Of a DNA stretch of 64,000 bases, positions 11,401-23,717 are shown piece by piece. Positions within the stretch are counted from its first letter, which is position 1; every line of letters starts with the position of its first letter. The notes under the pieces are model-generated. The model had not been told where the DNA came from. It worked only from the letters and a program-made list of their open reading frames with translations, and made no database searches. The position numbers were made by a program, and so were the translations under genes. Origin of the DNA: Tubiluchus corallicola (Eukaryota; Animalia; Priapulida); NCBI GenBank assembly GCA_030141605.1, contig JAQGDQ010000387.1:62001-126000 (forward strand), written 5' to 3'.

Positions 11401-14400
11401 GAATAAAAATCGATACAGTAACAAACAGCAAAGTGTTTGAAAATAAAGTTAACAGAATTGAACTGCTTTGTACATTAAGAGAAGGCTTATTAGGGTACAT
11501 AGCTAGCCTTCTTTTATTAAAAAGTCCTAGTTATTTGTAGGTTTGGTCACAATGCTAAAATTATTAAACTCAGCTTTGTGGCCAGAGATACAAATATGGT
11601 CACTAATGTTTGATTGGGGAGAATTTTTTAATTTTTTGCCAGTTCTAGACGAAATACCCAAATGTTAACAAGTTGTGTTGTTTTAACTATAAATGTTTTT
11701 ACGTGCCTGTAATAAAAAAATTGATCTATCAATAACATTATAACAATATTATTAATGAATGTTCATAGATCTTTTAGTACACCAAATAGGTAATGGCTCG
11801 ACCACTAATTACAGCTATAATTTACTATGTACAAAGTTTAAATGTGACAAACCTTTACTGTATTAGACTGTAAGCAGGCAGCTTTTGCAATATCTGCATT
11901 GCTTGGCACACAAACTAACCACCTGGTTCCACAATCTCTGATCTGATAAACAGCTTCCTCTGAAATACGTTATACCAAATAAAGCAAACCAGAATGAGCA
12001 TAAAACTTTAAAAATTATGGCAAGTCTAATTTGCTCATACTACATGTAATATACTTCAGCAAAATGAAAATCGAAAAGACAGACTAAAAATCTAAATTCT
12101 TGTTTGCAGTTAATAATTTATTACATTGACTTATCAACATTGTGAGAGACATAAGTATCCCATAGCTAGCATGAAAATATTTAAAAAAAACAGTAAAAAT
12201 TTGCTCCTCGGGTGACAAGAACATGGGACCATTTGCTTCAAGCCAGATGCCTTCAAAATGAGCTAATGACAAAAAACCATCACAGGATACCGCCACAGAA
12301 ATTAAAAAAACATGATAAAACACAAAAATAATTAGTTAAGTGATTCGTTATTAACTAGTTTTACTTTTGTAATTTGTTTCGTACTGTTCAGGCAATTTCA
12401 AACTATGAACATACAACTTATGCGAAACTGGTTAAAAATGCACCATTCAGTACAGATATTTTAAGACGAAGACAATAACAATTACAATCATGTATTTTCA
12501 GGACGTGCCTATAATCACGTATCTTCAGGACATGCCTATAATCATGTATCTTCAGGACATGCCTATAATCATGTATCTCCAGGACATGAATATAATCATG
12601 TATCTTCAGGACATGCCTATAATCACGTATCTTCAGGACATGCCTATAATCATGTATCTTCAGGACATGCCTATAATCACGTATCTTCAAGACATGCCTA
12701 TAATCACGTATCTTCAGGACATGCCTATAATCATGTATCTTCAGGACATGCCTATAATCATGTATTTTCAGGACATGCCTATAATCATGTATCTTCAGGA
12801 CATGTCTATAATCATGTATCTTCAGGACATGCCTATAATCATGTATCTTCAGGACATGTCTATAATCATGTATTTTCAGGACATGCCTATAATCATGTAT
12901 CTTCAGGACATGCCCATAATCATGTATCTTCAGGACATGTCTATAATCATGTATCTTCAAGACATGCCTATAATCATGTATCTTCAGGACATGCCTATAA
13001 TCATGTATCTTCAAGACATGCCTATAATCATGTATCTTCAGGACATGCCTATAATCATGTATCTTCAAGACATGCCTATAATCACGTATCTTCAGGACAT
13101 GCCTGCAGACGCCAGTGACATTACGATGAATACAAACATTAGTTGATAGAGCCTACTTTTATCTTCACTTAAAGTCCAAGAAAAGGGGTACCTGAACTAG
13201 GTTTCAGAGAAATCGCCTTTAAAAATTATATTACACTATAGCAATTTCATGCGTGTATCGTACTTGTGTTGAAAGGATTTTTTGTTTGTTTTTATTTTAA
13301 ATTCCCATGGCAATGTTCTGACACTGTACCCATTACATGAAGCACTTACGAGTAATGTAAGTCATGTAAATCAATGCTAAACCATGTCCCAAAAAACTTA
13401 TGTAACTAGTAAAGAAAATTACTAGTTATTTAAAATGCTTTCCCAATAGGTAAAAAGTTGCTGGCTCACCCTCCAGGGTGCACCACTCACTAACCAAAAA
13501 AGTATTTTTAATCTTATTGACAAGGTACAGTAATTTAAAATTTTACTTAGTTAGTGACGCATGTGATACAAATGCTCTGATTACTTTTTCAAACTTAAAC
13601 AATGCTATCTAAACTCATTTCAGATGGCCTGTCATCAAAATGGCTGCATCTAATGGCCATCGCAGGAGTTTAAATTTGCATGTTTTATACATGGGCAGCA
13701 TGTAAGAGGCAGTATGTAGGTGGTATAAAATTTCAAGATGAATTTTTTAAGCTTATGTAAGTGAAGGACTTTCTTGTGCTTTAAGATACAACCATGAGAG
13801 AATATTTAGGGCAATTGTTGATTTACCTATTGTGTACAAAGGATTCATAGTCGATGTGACACCACCTAAAAGAGCCACTGCAATGGACAGAATGCCATAT
13901 TCAGGATTATTGTGGCTGAATATAGTTAGCACGTCTCCCTTTCGAAATCCTTTCTTCAGCAAGGCGCTGGCTACGCTAAAGGCGCGATCGCGCACCTCTT
14001 GGAATGTATACGTATCACCAGTTTCCGCATTAACCTGTCAAAATTATCAGAAAATTATCAGTTTGTATATGAAGTATTGATTTGATCAGTTTTTGTTACA
14101 ATATAATTTCACTATCATCACCTGATTCAATAAATAGTTAAAGTTTAGCTTTACCTTAGTCAGCTCTAGCTGCAGAATTCCACACTCTAATCATTTTTAC
14201 AAAAATAATTATTACAAGCTACCTGCGCATATAATGCATGCAGCTTGTTATAGATATCTAAGCCATCTAAAACCTATGCATATAATTATTTTTAACCTGA
14301 ACTCAAATATAGCCTAATTACTATATTAAATACAAGGAAAACTAGTACACTGCAGAGCTGCACCAGCTTTTGCAAATTACCTAATATACTTATGTACAAG

Positions 14401-15501
14401 TCGAATTTTTGGGAGGAGATTTTAAGGGAGATTTTTGGCGTTGACTTATACTTATGATATGTTTTTGGGAGATGTCGCTAGAGAGTCGTCTACAATGCGA
14501 ATATGTAAAGAAATAATCCTTTATACATACGTGCCATACTAATCTTTAAAAATTCGGCCATCATTCACGCCTGCGATTGGTTAGAAATAGAACATTGTGA
14601 CATCAGGAAGACTGCATGCATAATTAATAAGGTCGGACTTGTAAACATGGGATCAAAGACGATCTTCAGATTGATACCGAAAATCTAGCGTAAATACGCA
14701 TAAACGGAATTGATATTTGAAAATTGAGATTTCTACTCAAAAGATATTACTGAATAAAACTGTGACATTTCAGGCATGGGTTTTTAGTTCTAAGTGAGAA
14801 ATCAGCGACTGAAATGTTACGATGGACCCTGGCTGCGATATCCTAGGGTTAAAAGCATTACAAACTTTTATGCGTGAGTTTGTGCAAGTGTAAGTGTACG
14901 TTTGTGTAAGTGTAAGTGTAAGTGTGCAAGTGTAAGTGCAAGTGTAAGTGCACTTGCACTTACACTTGCACTCACACACTAACACAGTAGGCTATTGATT
15001 TATTACTCGGCCATTGTTGACATCATTTACTCTGGAAGATCTTGATATTTTATGCTCGACTTGTATACAGGTAATATACAAAATGATGCAATTTTTGGTC
15101 CTAAAATGCACATCGACTTGTACATAAGGTCGACTTGTACACACGTATCTACGGTAACAATTTTAGCAGTAAACAAGATACTAACAAAATATTTCTACCA
15201 AAGACTGATAAGGGGCAACTTATTATGTGACCACTAGTTTTCAGACATCTTTTCTTTCTTTAACTTTTAAATCCGACTGCATCATGGCATACCTTCTTTT
15301 GAAAGTAAATGATTCTGAAGAAAAAACATTACTCGTAAACTAAGTGCTTCATCTATAAAAATGTATTATTAGTACTGTAATCCAATCACTTACCAGTGCT
15401 TTGTTGCTAGCAACATTGTCAAATCCAGACATCAAAAACTCGCCCAAGTTTGTTACATGTGGAATTTCCACTTTTGGAAAAATGCTCTGGTAAATGGTCA
15501 T
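6000..15501 (-). CDS. Firefly-luciferase-like / 4-coumarate-CoA-ligase-like peroxisomal acyl-CoA synthetase, 551 aa; exons 15501-15394, 14034-13827, 11959-11853, 11058-10856, 9725-9530, 8678-8498, 7655-7552, 6872-6725, 6400-6000
   Basis: Nine phase-compatible GT-AG exons (1656 nt). ANL motifs [69 protein letters not shown] and [12 protein letters not shown]; C-terminal PTS1 SKL. A 5'-UTR acceptor at 15579-15580 implies an upstream non-coding exon. Confidence 0.95.
8095..8426. mobile_element. Tigger/pogo-like MITE inserted in a (TA)n microsatellite
   Basis: TIRs CAGTGTTCCCTCACT / AGCGAGGGAACACTG with (TA)n on both sides. Confidence 0.85.
9219..9494 (+). mobile_element. Full-length tRNA-derived SINE, MetaSINE-like core
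   Basis: A box TAGTCTAATGG, B box GTTCGAACC, core GGGTCATACCAAAGACTTTAAAAATAGTACCTGCTG, and an (ATT)n tail. Further copies at 4089, 35668 and 55633. Confidence 0.85.
9759..10712. mobile_element. Degenerate pogo/Tigger-like non-autonomous element
   Basis: TA|CAGTAGCGC ... GCGCCTACTG|TA ends with subterminal (TT)GACTCA / TGAGTC repeats. Confidence 0.45.
11100..11700 (-). mobile_element. Penelope-like element remnant (end of the GIY-YIG domain plus pseudo-LTR)
   Basis: The minus strand reads [20 protein letters not shown]...[17 protein letters not shown], a typical PLE C-terminus. It is followed by TATATAAA, a hammerhead core and AATAAA. An inverted copy of the pLTR 3' end lies at ~11669-11697. 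Confidence 0.75.
11183..11223 (-). ncRNA. Minimal (PLE-type) hammerhead ribozyme, decayed
   Basis: Minus strand CCA-CTGATGA-T-GGCAG-CAGTAGT-TTGTT-GAAA-CGT-T-TAG: CUGAUGA and GAAA cores, a wobble-degraded stem II and a palindromic ACGT stem III. Confidence 0.6.
12486..13103. repeat. 27-bp minisatellite, ~23 copies
   Basis: Unit ATAATCATGTATCTTCAGGACATGCCT. It produces the spurious repetitive ORFs 12418-13068 and 12490-13146. Confidence 0.97.
13173..13780. mobile_element. Kolobok-type MITE, family B
   Basis: TTAA|AGTCCAAGAAA ... TTTCTTGTGCT|TTAA. Homologous copies at 51302-51974, 41066-41310 (right half) and ~31090-31565 (diverged). Confidence 0.8.
14378..15155. mobile_element. Mariner-like MITE with GTACAAGTCGA subterminal repeats
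   Basis: Right end ...TCGACTTGTACACACGTATCTACGG|TA; degenerate left end ...TATGTACAAGTCGA. It contains a (GTAAGT)n run. Confidence 0.55.
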
Positions 15502-16370
15502 TCTGAGTTAGAATCAAACAGTGTGCCAGCAGCAAATTTACAAGATATAAACGATTATTAAACGTTGTCTTCTGCGCACTGAAACAAAAATAATATTCTG
15601 AATCAATGGAAGCTTCACTACTAGGTAATTAATCTGGTATCACGTATTAAGGCAAGTGTTTATAAAGAAAAAAGGCTACAAGTCTTGAGTCTACCAGCCA
15701 CTTTAGCTGCTGGTACACTGCTAGAGGACAGTGAGTTCCAAAGGTGAGTGATCTGAACTAACTTTCAGTAGCTTGTGTAAATAGATCAAAACTAAAAGGT
15801 CATAGGCTGTTTGATGATAACACTCTAAGTACACTTGCAAACTTTTTTCACAACATCATTCATTTGTTTGTGTGAGAAAAAATGCAGAAACGTCTACATA
15901 AAAGCATGCATCACATTAATTAGAATAAACAGTAAATAGTCTTCATTAACACAGTCAGTATCAATGAGCAACAACTGTATCAGAGCAATAATGATGGGCG
16001 ATTATAGATTAATCGAACTAATCACGATTACAACCATGTATAAATAGATATAGAACAGTAATTCAGTTATACATATATCAAAATATACATGTTGCACACT
16101 GCCTTAAAGGAATACCGGATGATTGTGTAAACATGAGTTCAGAATAAAGAATGCTCTAAAATATTGAAAACTACAATAGCTTATTTTAAATCAAAGCTTA
16201 GACTCAGTAATAATTAACTCAGGTACTCAAATTTCTTTAACTTTCAAAGGTACGCGCGGCTCAGTGAATCTACTAAGATTTGCAGCGGTGCCTTTTCGTC
16301 ACATTCGCATGGCCGACAAATAGAAGGCGGTACCGTGATAACCATGATCATGAACTGCAGTGTTACTTTT

Positions 16371-16506
16371 TGACGTCAAATGATGTAAAGCCCATTTTTT
16401 GTGACGTCATGCGTTTAAACAGTACTGTAACACTTATGCAAATGTGCCTGATGCGCAAAGGAAGACGCCTGCCATTGCACAAACTGTGGTTAGTTGATGA
16501 CGTAAG
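16371..16506. promoter_or_regulatory. Cluster of bZIP sites upstream of the luciferase-like gene
   Basis: Perfect CREs TGACGTCA at 16371 and 16402, TGATGTAA at 16381, TTATGCAA at ~16434 and TGACGTAA at ~16498, in a locally CpG-richer patch. Confidence 0.35.
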
Positions 16507-18419
16507 CAATAGATGTGTTCGGTTGCCGTTAGTTAACTTTGTAAGCAAACCACATTACTGTGAACTGAAGCTTCTTATTCGTTTTCATGTGACATGTGCA
16601 GTTGACATAGTAATAGAGTAGTTAATGAATGTACATGTTTATCAAAACAGTTTGCAAGTATGAAAATGGCAGACAGCAATGAAAGCCATGAAGAAGTTTA
16701 TAGACTATATTTCAGTGCTGCTGTGTTTGAAAAATATGGCTAAAACAGTAAAAAATTACAGTGAAAGATTAACCATGATATCGAATTAAAACAAGATTAT
16801 AAATGAATTAAAAAATTTCAAAATTCCCCATCACAACAGAGCAGTTTCAGATTTCAGTTCTTGTCATTATTATTAGGCTACATTTATTAGAGCAGAATGA
16901 GAATCTTAGAGCACACTAAAATAAAAAAACATTTGCGCGCTTTTTCCAATCACTGGACTGGCCACAAGTTGGCTATTGTTGTGTCTACTGTGGCTAAAAT
17001 ATAGAAAATTACAAGATAAACTTGATTTCTTTCTTCTTTGTTTGGTGCCTCAATCGAGCACATCTTTTACTACGAAAACATTGCAGTTCGGCTCATTTTA
17101 TTTCCCAATCACTACAGCTATAATAGACTATTCAATTTTGCAAGCTACAATTTGCCCCATACTGTATATTTGGCAAGCTCATTGCAAAGAACCCTTAACA
17201 TTTGCCAGGAAATAAGGAAAGTATAAAGACTAAAATGCTTGATATTAAATGTTCCGTGATAATAAATCAGACAGCACTAGATGTGGAAATTGTAACTGTA
17301 TATTTTTAGGTGCTGCCATCTATTAACTAATCCCTTTACATTTTACTAGCTAAACTCACCCCTAGTATAATTGTACGGTCCAGTAATATGCATACTCACT
17401 GGATCTCTCCCTATTTTACAGTAATGGTTTTTGTGAAGCCAAGTTTGCATAATTACCTATACCTATATATACTGACTGGATTCTACTTCTAGTCACTGTC
17501 TCACCCTCAATGCAGTGTAGAAGTCATGCTAGTCGTGCTACACACCTGTCTAACTCACACTCTCAGTGCAGTGCAGCAGTCGTGATACTCATGTCACTTA
17601 CTGTCTAACTCTCAGTGATCAGTGCAGGACACTCTCGTTCTCAGTGTTCAGTGTAGCAGTCATTCTACATATGTGTATTTAGTCTAATAAACGCTTTTCA
17701 GTTTTGTGCAGATATGTAGTATAGTGTTTTATTCCTTTTCTACAAAGTGTTCAACTACAACCTCAAACATGACTTTCACACTAGGGTAACACTGTTGCGT
17801 AGCACAAGTCTCAAAACTAGAAAGCTTGATCAGTAAAGAGGAGTTACAAACAACTAACATACTTTGACAAGAACTAACATACTTTGAGACAGCCGCAAAG
17901 ATTTACATTTCGTATTGACACTAAAAATGATACGAAATTTCTAGAAAAAAGCAGTTGCTGTCAAGTAAAGCATCCGGTTATTTCAGGTTAAAATTCAATA
18001 CAGACAGACATGGAAGGTTGAGTTTTAGCTGGAAAAGTTCTAAACGTGTCCTAGTTACAATACATGTGGGTTTAAAACATTAAATAACGATGCCCATAAA
18101 CCCACAGTAAACAAAACACTATACAGCATATTACTAATTTTCAATTTTCCTTCTCAAAGCTTCCACAGAATTTCTTTAGTTTCCAGTTTATTCCAAAATA
18201 TATTCCATGTTCTGCATAATGAATTTCTGTGTTCATATTCAGTAAATTAAAATGATTTGCTAAACCACTATGAAAATGATACTAAACCCTTATGAAAAAC
18301 ACGTGATGCCACCATCATTAGAGTATGTAAGTTGCTTTATGTGAAAACCTATTTTCTGCATTGAGAAGGACAGTAACTTATTGATGATCATTAACTTCAT
18401 CTAACTGGCAATCTAATCA

Positions 18420-18700
18420 GTGGCAAAGGTAACTGGGGATGCAAGTTTGAACAAACTCGTGACCCTCTCCAAATTTCTTCAAGACCTTCTCAATGTGACT
18501 CTTGAAAGAATTTACATTGGGAGAATTTGCAGCTTCCTCTGTTAATCAGATCCACGTATTACTAACCCTTTGGCTAAAACTGTATTTGCTAAGATCAAGC
18601 CAAGGCTTTCTTGTCACTAATTTCTTGAACTGACCTCTTGTTCTGCTGTCATCACTAACAGCAAAAAATTCATTACATTCCAGACTCCTATATACATTCA
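18420..18700 (-). mobile_element. CR1 LINE 3' remnant
   Basis: The minus strand translates ...RTRGQFKKL...DLSKYSFSQRVSNTW...NSPNVNSFKSHIEK, matching the CR1 ORF2 C-terminus. Confidence 0.65.
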
Positions 18701-21700
18701 CAATTTTCTTCTAGGTTTTTTGATTTCCTCGGTTAATTTGTTCCTTGCCCTTGTATATTTCATAAGATCATCCTGCTGTATACTTCACTGATACATTCAA
18801 CTATCTCTTATTGTACTAAATGTCTGTGAAAAAACGTGCAGACCTGTCTAGATTTAAACCAGTTAACAGTTACTGAAGTTCCCATCTGATACCTTGCTAA
18901 TCAGCCATAATTCATTTGCCTGTGTATGCAGATTCATCATTTTCATTTATAGAGTCACACGACTTATGACATACTGTGGCATGGATACACTCGATCATCT
19001 TCACCAAAATAGGCAAACAAACAGGTACCAATAAAAACAGACAGTGAGTCTGATTGCATTATCAATTACATGAACTTGCTGTACCTGTAAAGCACACTAT
19101 ATAGATCATTCACTTTGTCACAACTTCTTTACACTTTCTACAACTTTGATTAGAATTTTAACTGCAATACTTTTTGACACATATTCTAGCTTTTCTTAGT
19201 TTACCTATATTTGAAATCCTTATGTCCTGCACTGATACTCTCCAATTACTGACACATACTGCTTAACATTCAGAAAGTTGTTCCATAGTATCCTCTTCCA
19301 TGTAACATAGCAAACAGTTAAGGTCATTCTTAAATAACTTCTCAAAATTTGCTTTAACATTAGCCATATTATTATTAAACCTAGTTATAGCGATACTTTC
19401 ATTCATTTCATCTAATCTACATTTTCAACACAGAATTGTCTTGGAAAACTTGTATTTTTCAGGAATCTTAATTTTGTCATAATTTCTCATTTATTTCTAA
19501 TTTCTTTTTCTATAAATGAACTGATTTTATTTTTGATATACTTCTTCCACCTAGACTTAGTCATTGAAATTATAGTGACCACATTTATGTGACTAAAGAC
19601 ACGACTCTTGTCTTAGTTTTACAGTGACTAAGACTATGGGCACATTACAGTTAAATGAATTACGGCTCAGCTGATTACACGAACTTTTAAGAAATTGCAA
19701 AACATCCAAATTTCCATGATTGACACAAAAATTTATAGGCGCCGAGCTGGGCCATAACCTACCACTGTGCGAGGTACCAACTTCCCGAGATTACTCCCGG
19801 ACTATTCCCAAGCCGAGAAAAAGTGGCGACAAATGGACACAGTCAAAAGCGGCGACGGAGGTAAACGATAATTCTACAGTTGCCCACTTCGTTGACGCAA
19901 TATAATAATCACATGGTTACAAGCCAATCGGTAAGTCTAATGTGTAACTAATGATACAAATCGGCCATTACGCAGGTTTTCAGGCGCATCTCACCGAGCA
20001 TTTTCCTAGCTACAATCATGCCCCTTTTCTGCGACACTGTCACTTCTCCTGCACAGGAGCTGCCATGGCAGCAAACACATAGCATCTCAAAAATCACTTC
20101 AGTGCATGGTGTCACATATTTTTTTAAACAGGACATTCCTTTATTCATCATTTTAAATGAAGTTTGTTTTACTGTTTACTCGAACTTTCTATAATTTGAA
20201 GAATTTTCAAATTAATCGTTAGATAAAGATGGCTGTAGACTACCGTTTCATTAATTAATTATGACTATGATTGCCAAAATCTTTATAAACCATTGTGGTT
20301 TATTTCAACAATAATATCCAGCCGTAGCTGTTCTTATTTCAGTATTGTTTTTATTCAAATTCGTGGAAAGTTGTTGTAGTTACACATTTTTGCTCGTCCA
20401 TCTTTCGACCAGACATTTTTCCAGACGGGACAATCTGTGATGAAGCCAGGGAAAGTGCAAACTGAGTCACATGCTATAATTTTAAAGATTCATTGATTAC
20501 AAATATCTTCACTTACCAACTCCATTCCTCTCTCTCTCACTTTTAACAAGTTAAAACACTAGAAAAATTTTTGAGACATGCTAGCTGCTTGCTGTCTGCT
20601 TTTTCCATAAGACAGATTTTCTGCACCGCACTGTATATAATTATATAAACGGCTACACCTCCCACTCATCACAACGTTCACGGGACCACACTCAGCAACC
20701 CAAGCTTGGAAAAGTAGGGGTCATTTGATCCCACGAACCGGACCATTCCCCCAGGTTCGTTACAACACGTTGAAAATCTTCGTGTGACTGTGGTCATGAG
20801 AACCAGCATGCGATCAGAATCCTACACTGAATGATGAAGCATTTTTGAATATCCAATTTATTAAAAATTCAGTATGAAATTATTTCCACCTCAGCTCAGT
20901 TTGTCATGGTCAAAAACAATAGAGAAACAAAGAGGAAAGCATCTCAAGAAACTCACAAGAGCAGTTGAAGAACTGCAACAATTCTAAAACTCCCAGGGCT
21001 GGATTAACACGTAAGCAGACTAAGCACGTGCTGTGGGCACCAACACTCAGGGGGTACCAAGCTGACAAGAAATTGAAAACAGATACAATTTTAATACAGT
21101 TAAATGAAGTTGACAACAGCATTGGCCATTGTGCTATTGGAAAGTGTTACTCACGTTTTTAGTATTAAGCTATTAAATTGTCCTTATTGTTTACCTTAGT
21201 TAAGTCATTTCAATAACTAGTGAATTCTCGTGCCGTAAATAACTAATTTTTTGTTTAATGGCAGGCATCATATATTATTTCTTATAACTAGAATTTCATT
21301 TTGAAGTCAACAAGGAATTTAAATGGTTCAAATCCTATGCATAGCAATGGAGTTTGTTTTGCATACAATGTCGAATAGTTTGTACATTTGCTATCTGACA
21401 CTAGATGGCAAGCGCTGCTTCATTTTCTTAGAGTCCTTACATGCCCCTTCATGTTTACTGCATAAATATTATACATGGTAAATGTAAAGGTACTTGCACT
21501 TTCAAGAGATATGAGAAAGATAATCTTTTTCATGTCTCTGACACTTTCGCAGAATCCCTGCGGTAATGCCAAATAGCTATAAAATTATTAGCATTTAGCA
21601 GACGCTTTGTGGTTTAAAAATTATTTAAAGACAGGTAATTTTCATACGCTTGATGTTGGATTAGCACATGTACATGTACTAAAGTTAGTGTAATATCTCC

Positions 21701-23717
21701 AAAAAGTAAAACATGTGATACCTGATACGCTGTTGCCTTTTGTTGTTTAGTTTGCAGAAGCGCATACTTCAGACTCAAGAGTTTTGGGTCGCTACAGTCC
21801 CACGTCTCAGGAATTTATTGAGGCTTCCAACTGGTGTTTGAAACCAATATGGACGCTTTGCCGAAAGGTTTTATTACACATTGAGCAATTCAGCTTACTC
21901 ATAACCTGAAGTAATCCGAATTGATATGTGTGAATTTTGTCAGCTGAAATCCCAAATACCAGACGTTTCGTAACAATTTGTTGCCAAAATTATGATAGTT
22001 CTTTAAAATTTTCATTTTCAATAGATATTATAGCTTATCGCCAAGGCACTCTTTGTGAAAGTCGACCTCAAATAGTTTTTGATTGGTCCACTTTATCAGC
22101 CATAAACTGTACAAAATGACAAATAAAACCATCATCATTATCATCATCGTCACAATGCTATGTACTCAACCGTCCAATCACATGGCATAGTCCAGTTGGG
22201 TAAAAATTATAGGTGACAGTTCGGTCTTCAGACACCCTCCGAGATGAAGTATTTTTTAGAAGCGGAGATGTCCAATTAATGTCTTTTGTGTTAATGTGAG
22301 CATTCTACTATCCACCTGCCCTTTGATTTCTATGATGGCTGATTTGATTCAGGATGTGATGCAGAATGCCAAATACATTTACAGCGTTTTGGGCCTATCA
22401 CACACGCACTTAATTGCCTAACACCCTCGCTTTGTTTTAATTTATGCGATAAGCAGGTCTAGCCGAAACTAGAATTGAACTAGCAACAAATTATACTTTT
22501 CATATATAACAAATACTAACATGTAGTAACTATATGTGTGTATATGTGCGTGTCTGTGTGCGTGCGCGCGCGTCCGTGACTATATATGTAACACGAATAA
22601 TAAGCGAATACTAACAATAAACTGTAATAAATGAAACTTGCTTAAAAATCTGACCCTGGTGCTGTACGTAGTGCGTCACGTGACGTGTCCTTTTTAACAA
22701 CTTGTAGACACATTTTTGGTTGCACAGGCTTCAATAGAGGTCTTGTAAATGAGACCACTTTACAATTTTTGGCCGCACTAAGCTTGTAACAAATCTAGTG
22801 TGCCATAAACTTATAAAGTGTTGATAAACGATACTTTATCGAATCGACACGGAAAACATTATCGCATCAATGTTGTCCAAAAAATCGTAACGTATCGATA
22901 CTAAAAAAGCACCCAAATCGTAGATGCAGCGAGAAAAATATTAGTAATCCCAGTAATAACACTGACTGTTCCCTCAGATTTGTTTATGAGCTTCGTATTG
23001 ACTAAGTAGCAAATGTGAGCGACATTTGAAACAAACAATATTGCTGAAATATGGCGAAAAATCATTTCAAAATTCCATCACTGATTAGAAATTAATTATA
23101 CAGTAAAGTTCGTCTTTGATTTAAAATGTTTTTTATCATTCACATTCAGTCGATTTGCTAGAAAAATATGTGGGTTCTATTGCATTTAGAAATCGTATCA
23201 TATCGTATCACAGAAGAATTCAAGCTGGATATCGATCTATGAAGAAAAGTGCCATATGGTATCCTTATCGTAGTACCCAGTTATCGATTACCAACAATAT
23301 TATTATTACTACACTGGAACTCGCAATAGTCAATAATGGAAAAACTTCCAAGTGACACTGAATTTTATTTTCTTAAAAATGCTATGTATTCCATGAATAA
23401 CCAAATTCATACTTTGTCCAACTAGTCAAGAATTTTGCTTGAGTTGCATAACATCTGTTAATATTTTTAATGTCAACAATCTTGCAATGATACGCAGCTG
23501 CATAATTATGCTTAAGAATCTCGGAGAATCCCATTGCTCCTTGTACCTACTTGATCTAAACTGCTTCCTCACTCAACATGTGTTCCGGGTCAAAGGTCAA
23601 AGCAGGATGGAGCTGCCTTTACAGCATGCACGTAGTCTTAAAATTTAATTAAAATCGATGAACCAAATCAACATATCATACTCTCAGATAAACTTCATGA
23701 AAATTTCCAATAAGTTA

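Noticed and set aside
12418-13146. 216-aa and 218-aa repeat proteins
   Set aside because: They are artefacts of a 27-bp tandem repeat inside an intron.
16660-18250. Possible integrase or Harbinger transposase fragments
   Set aside because: The resemblance is too faint and fragmented to support without a tBLASTn search.
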